From Thermoproteota archaeon (GTDB lineage Archaea > Thermoproteota > EX4484-205 > JAAOZP01): a DNA stretch of 15,407 bases. Both the position numbers and the translations under genes were made by a program. The DNA is taken from NCBI GenBank assembly GCA_049700215.1, contig JBNAVT010000013.1, positions 1 through 15,407 on the forward strand, read 5' to 3'. The notes beneath the pieces were generated by a model. It made no database searches, was not told the origin of the DNA, and saw only the letters and a program-made list of their open reading frames with translations. Shown one piece after another: positions 13,681 through 15,407 of this stretch (its first letter is position 1; each line of letters starts with the position of its first letter).

Positions 13681-14898
13681 ATGGGGAGGGTTTTCACTTA
13701 CATTTGCGGAGACGCTGGTCCAGAGGATGAGTACAACCCGTTCAAAGCGACTCGACAGGAGCATGCGCCCGAGATCCTGTTCCTACTGAACTTAGAGCCT
13801 CTTAGTGCAAATGAACTTTCAGCCAGGCTGAGTATAGGAGTCGAAACCGTCAGCAGGCTGCTTCAAGACCTCTCCAGGATTAACGCTGTTGTTGAGAAAG
13901 ATGGAAGGTGGCATGTCTCCTTCCCTGTATTCATGAAGCGGGATGTTCATCTGATTTCCGAGAAAACAAGGATGCCTGGTGCGAGGCTTGCGGAAGAGAT
14001 AATGGGGGTGGGGTTGAAGCTTAAGGAGCAGCTGGCCAGGCTTTCATGTGCCAAGCAGGTTGAGATCGGTAAGCTCATGTTCGCTGTTGTAGGCTGTTTC
14101 ATCCTAGACTGGAAAGCCCTGGAAATCCTTAACGAGAAGGGCTTAAGCCTCTGCGGCAGGAAGCAGCAGCCCGGCGGCCGTAGATACGTCCTGCTCGGAA
14201 GGGAGGAAGGTGCGGGAGAAGGCCTGTACGATAAGATGTACTGGGGTAGTCACAGCAACAGGTTCGGCAGAATCACTTTCACAAGCTTCGGCGACCACAC
14301 TGGCTGCAGGTATGTGTTTCCAGACGTGGCTTGGAGCCTCAACGCATTGATTCTAAGAAGGGGGGAAGACGGGCTGCCCGACTGGTTCTCGGGAAAGATT
14401 ACGAAAGTATTCAACGTTTTCCAGACGGAGTGCATGCTTGAGCTCGGAAGAATGCTCCTGCTATTGAACGATGAGGGACCGGTGGAAGCGTCACTGTTGA
14501 GAGGGAAGCTCGGCGTGGAGAAGGAGCAGGCTGAAAGCCTACTCGGGCTGCTGGCCGACATGAAATATGTTTCCCTCACCGGGGGAAGGGTGAGGCTGAA
14601 CCATCCTGTTTTCACAGCCGGCGATAAGACGGTTATCGAGGATGTTTGGCTAGCCCTGTCTCCGCTGGTTGAAAAAGAGGCGTGCGAATACTTTAACTCT
14701 CTACGAGACGAGTTGGCTGAAATAACCCCGGTTCGCAGAGGGATCGACCCGAGGGAAATATATACCGACGTGTGGCACTGGGTCTTCGGGTGGGCCAACC
14801 GGATCATGGCTGAAAAAGGCTTCTTCTTCGACCCGCCTAGGGAAAGAGAAGGAGAGGGCAGGTATATCGCCTGGATCGAGGAGGGCTATGCGCACTAA
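13681..14898 (+). CDS. Hypothetical protein with winged-HTH-like segments
   Basis: 405 aa. The N-terminal ILFLL...PLSANELSARLSIGVETVSRLLQDL is HTH-like, and a second HTH-like segment is LLRGKLGVEKEQAESLLGLL. Confidence 0.65.
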   Translation: MGRVFTYICGDAGPEDEYNPFKATRQEHAPEILFLLNLEPLSANELSARLSIGVETVSRLLQDLSRINAVVEKDGRWHVSFPVFMKRDVHLISEKTRMPGARLAEEIMGVGLKLKEQLARLSCAKQVEIGKLMFAVVGCFILDWKALEILNEKGLSLCGRKQQPGGRRYVLLGREEGAGEGLYDKMYWGSHSNRFGRITFTSFGDHTGCRYVFPDVAWSLNALILRRGEDGLPDWFSGKITKVFNVFQTECMLELGRMLLLLNDEGPVEASLLRGKLGVEKEQAESLLGLLADMKYVSLTGGRVRLNHPVFTAGDKTVIEDVWLALSPLVEKEACEYFNSLRDELAEITPVRRGIDPREIYTDVWHWVFGWANRIMAEKGFFFDPPREREGEGRYIAWIEEGYAH

Positions 14899-14932
14899 CT
14901 AACCCTTCCCTATAGGGTTTTCGGCGCATTAA

Positions 14933-15406
14933 CTATTGTTGCTGCATACTCTTGTCGATATCTCTATCGTATTTTCCGCCGTATGCTTGAACCAGAACAT
15001 AAGCCCACCGTGTGAAAAAAGGTATTGTCCAGCTCATGAAAACCACTATGAAAATCACTACGGTAACAATGTCCGGCGGACGACTCGCTTGGAAAAACAT
15101 TGACGAGAAGAGGAGTATCCATGCGAGTGAGAGAGCTAGCAGGGCTGAGAAAAGCGTTATTCTCCGCCTAACTTTGAACAACGTTATTAAAACACCGAGG
15201 AAATAATGGATTGAGAAGAACAGGAAGCTGCCGAGAAGCATTATGCCGCTTAAAACAGGGCTCCCGATGCAGAGTCCTAGAAGAAGCAGGTTAAACACTA
15301 TGATAAACCCAACTGACCATGATGACAACTTGTAGATTTCCCAAGAAAGCCAGTAATACCCCTTGTAAAGATTGCTGGATCTTTCTATGATTCTTTTCTC
15401 AAACTC
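14933..15406 (-). CDS. Hypothetical membrane protein, 5'-partial (runs off the window)
   Basis: About four hydrophobic segments. The frame stays open from 15328 to the window edge (EFEKRIIERSSNLYKGYYWLSWEIYK). Confidence 0.6.
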   Translation of the reverse strand, partial: EFEKRIIERSSNLYKGYYWLSWEIYKLSSWSVGFIIVFNLLLLGLCIGSPVLSGIMLLGSFLFFSIHYFLGVLITLFKVRRRITLFSALLALSLAWILLFSSMFFQASRPPDIVTVVIFIVVFMSWTIPFFTRWAYVLVQAYGGKYDRDIDKSMQQQ

Positions 15407-15407
15407 T

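Noticed and set aside
344-15206. Alternative-frame and antisense ORFs (e.g. 344-694, 848-1030, 1220-1477, 2250-2576, 3267-3611, 5870-6262, 7055-7240, 7249-7464, 12318-12776, 14250-14807, 15012-15206)
   Set aside because: They have no recognisable motifs. Nearly all are shadows of better-supported genes or remnants.
1-15407. tRNA, rRNA, transposase or integrase genes
   Set aside because: None was recognised by eye on either strand. tRNAscan-SE and HMM searches would be needed to exclude them formally.

Overview
Archaeal accessory region. Evidence for archaeal origin: BRE/TATA-type promoters, short or absent leaders, an archaemetzincin, and archaeal-style PIN and HEPN-MNT modules. Positions 1-~12010 form a near-unidirectional mosaic of seven toxin-antitoxin-like gene pairs: DUF5678-like plus retropepsin-like protease, HicB-HicA, four antitoxin-PIN pairs, and HEPN-MNT. 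These are interleaved with a dTDP-rhamnose operon (rmlA-C-B-D) and a Wzx flippase. Positions 12060-15407 look like ordinary chromosome: a sugar phosphate isomerase/epimerase, an archaemetzincin, an HTH-containing protein and a partial membrane protein. The main unexplained signal is a set of self-complementary (GC)n tracts (GCGCGC to GCGCGCGCGC; 10 perfect loci plus about 11 transition-decayed ones). They lie only at module boundaries and at exact fusion points of broken genes. At 7024-7131 the start of a DUF5678-like gene is joined to the end of its partner protease across GCGCGC. At 744-1035 an inverted antitoxin/PIN remnant is cut and joined at three such tracts. At 2661-2706 a 28-bp hicA-like piece is trapped between two tracts. 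This suggests a DNA joining or shuffling process that leaves (GC)n scars and builds and erodes the cassette-like array. All family calls come from motif recognition by eye; no database searches were run.
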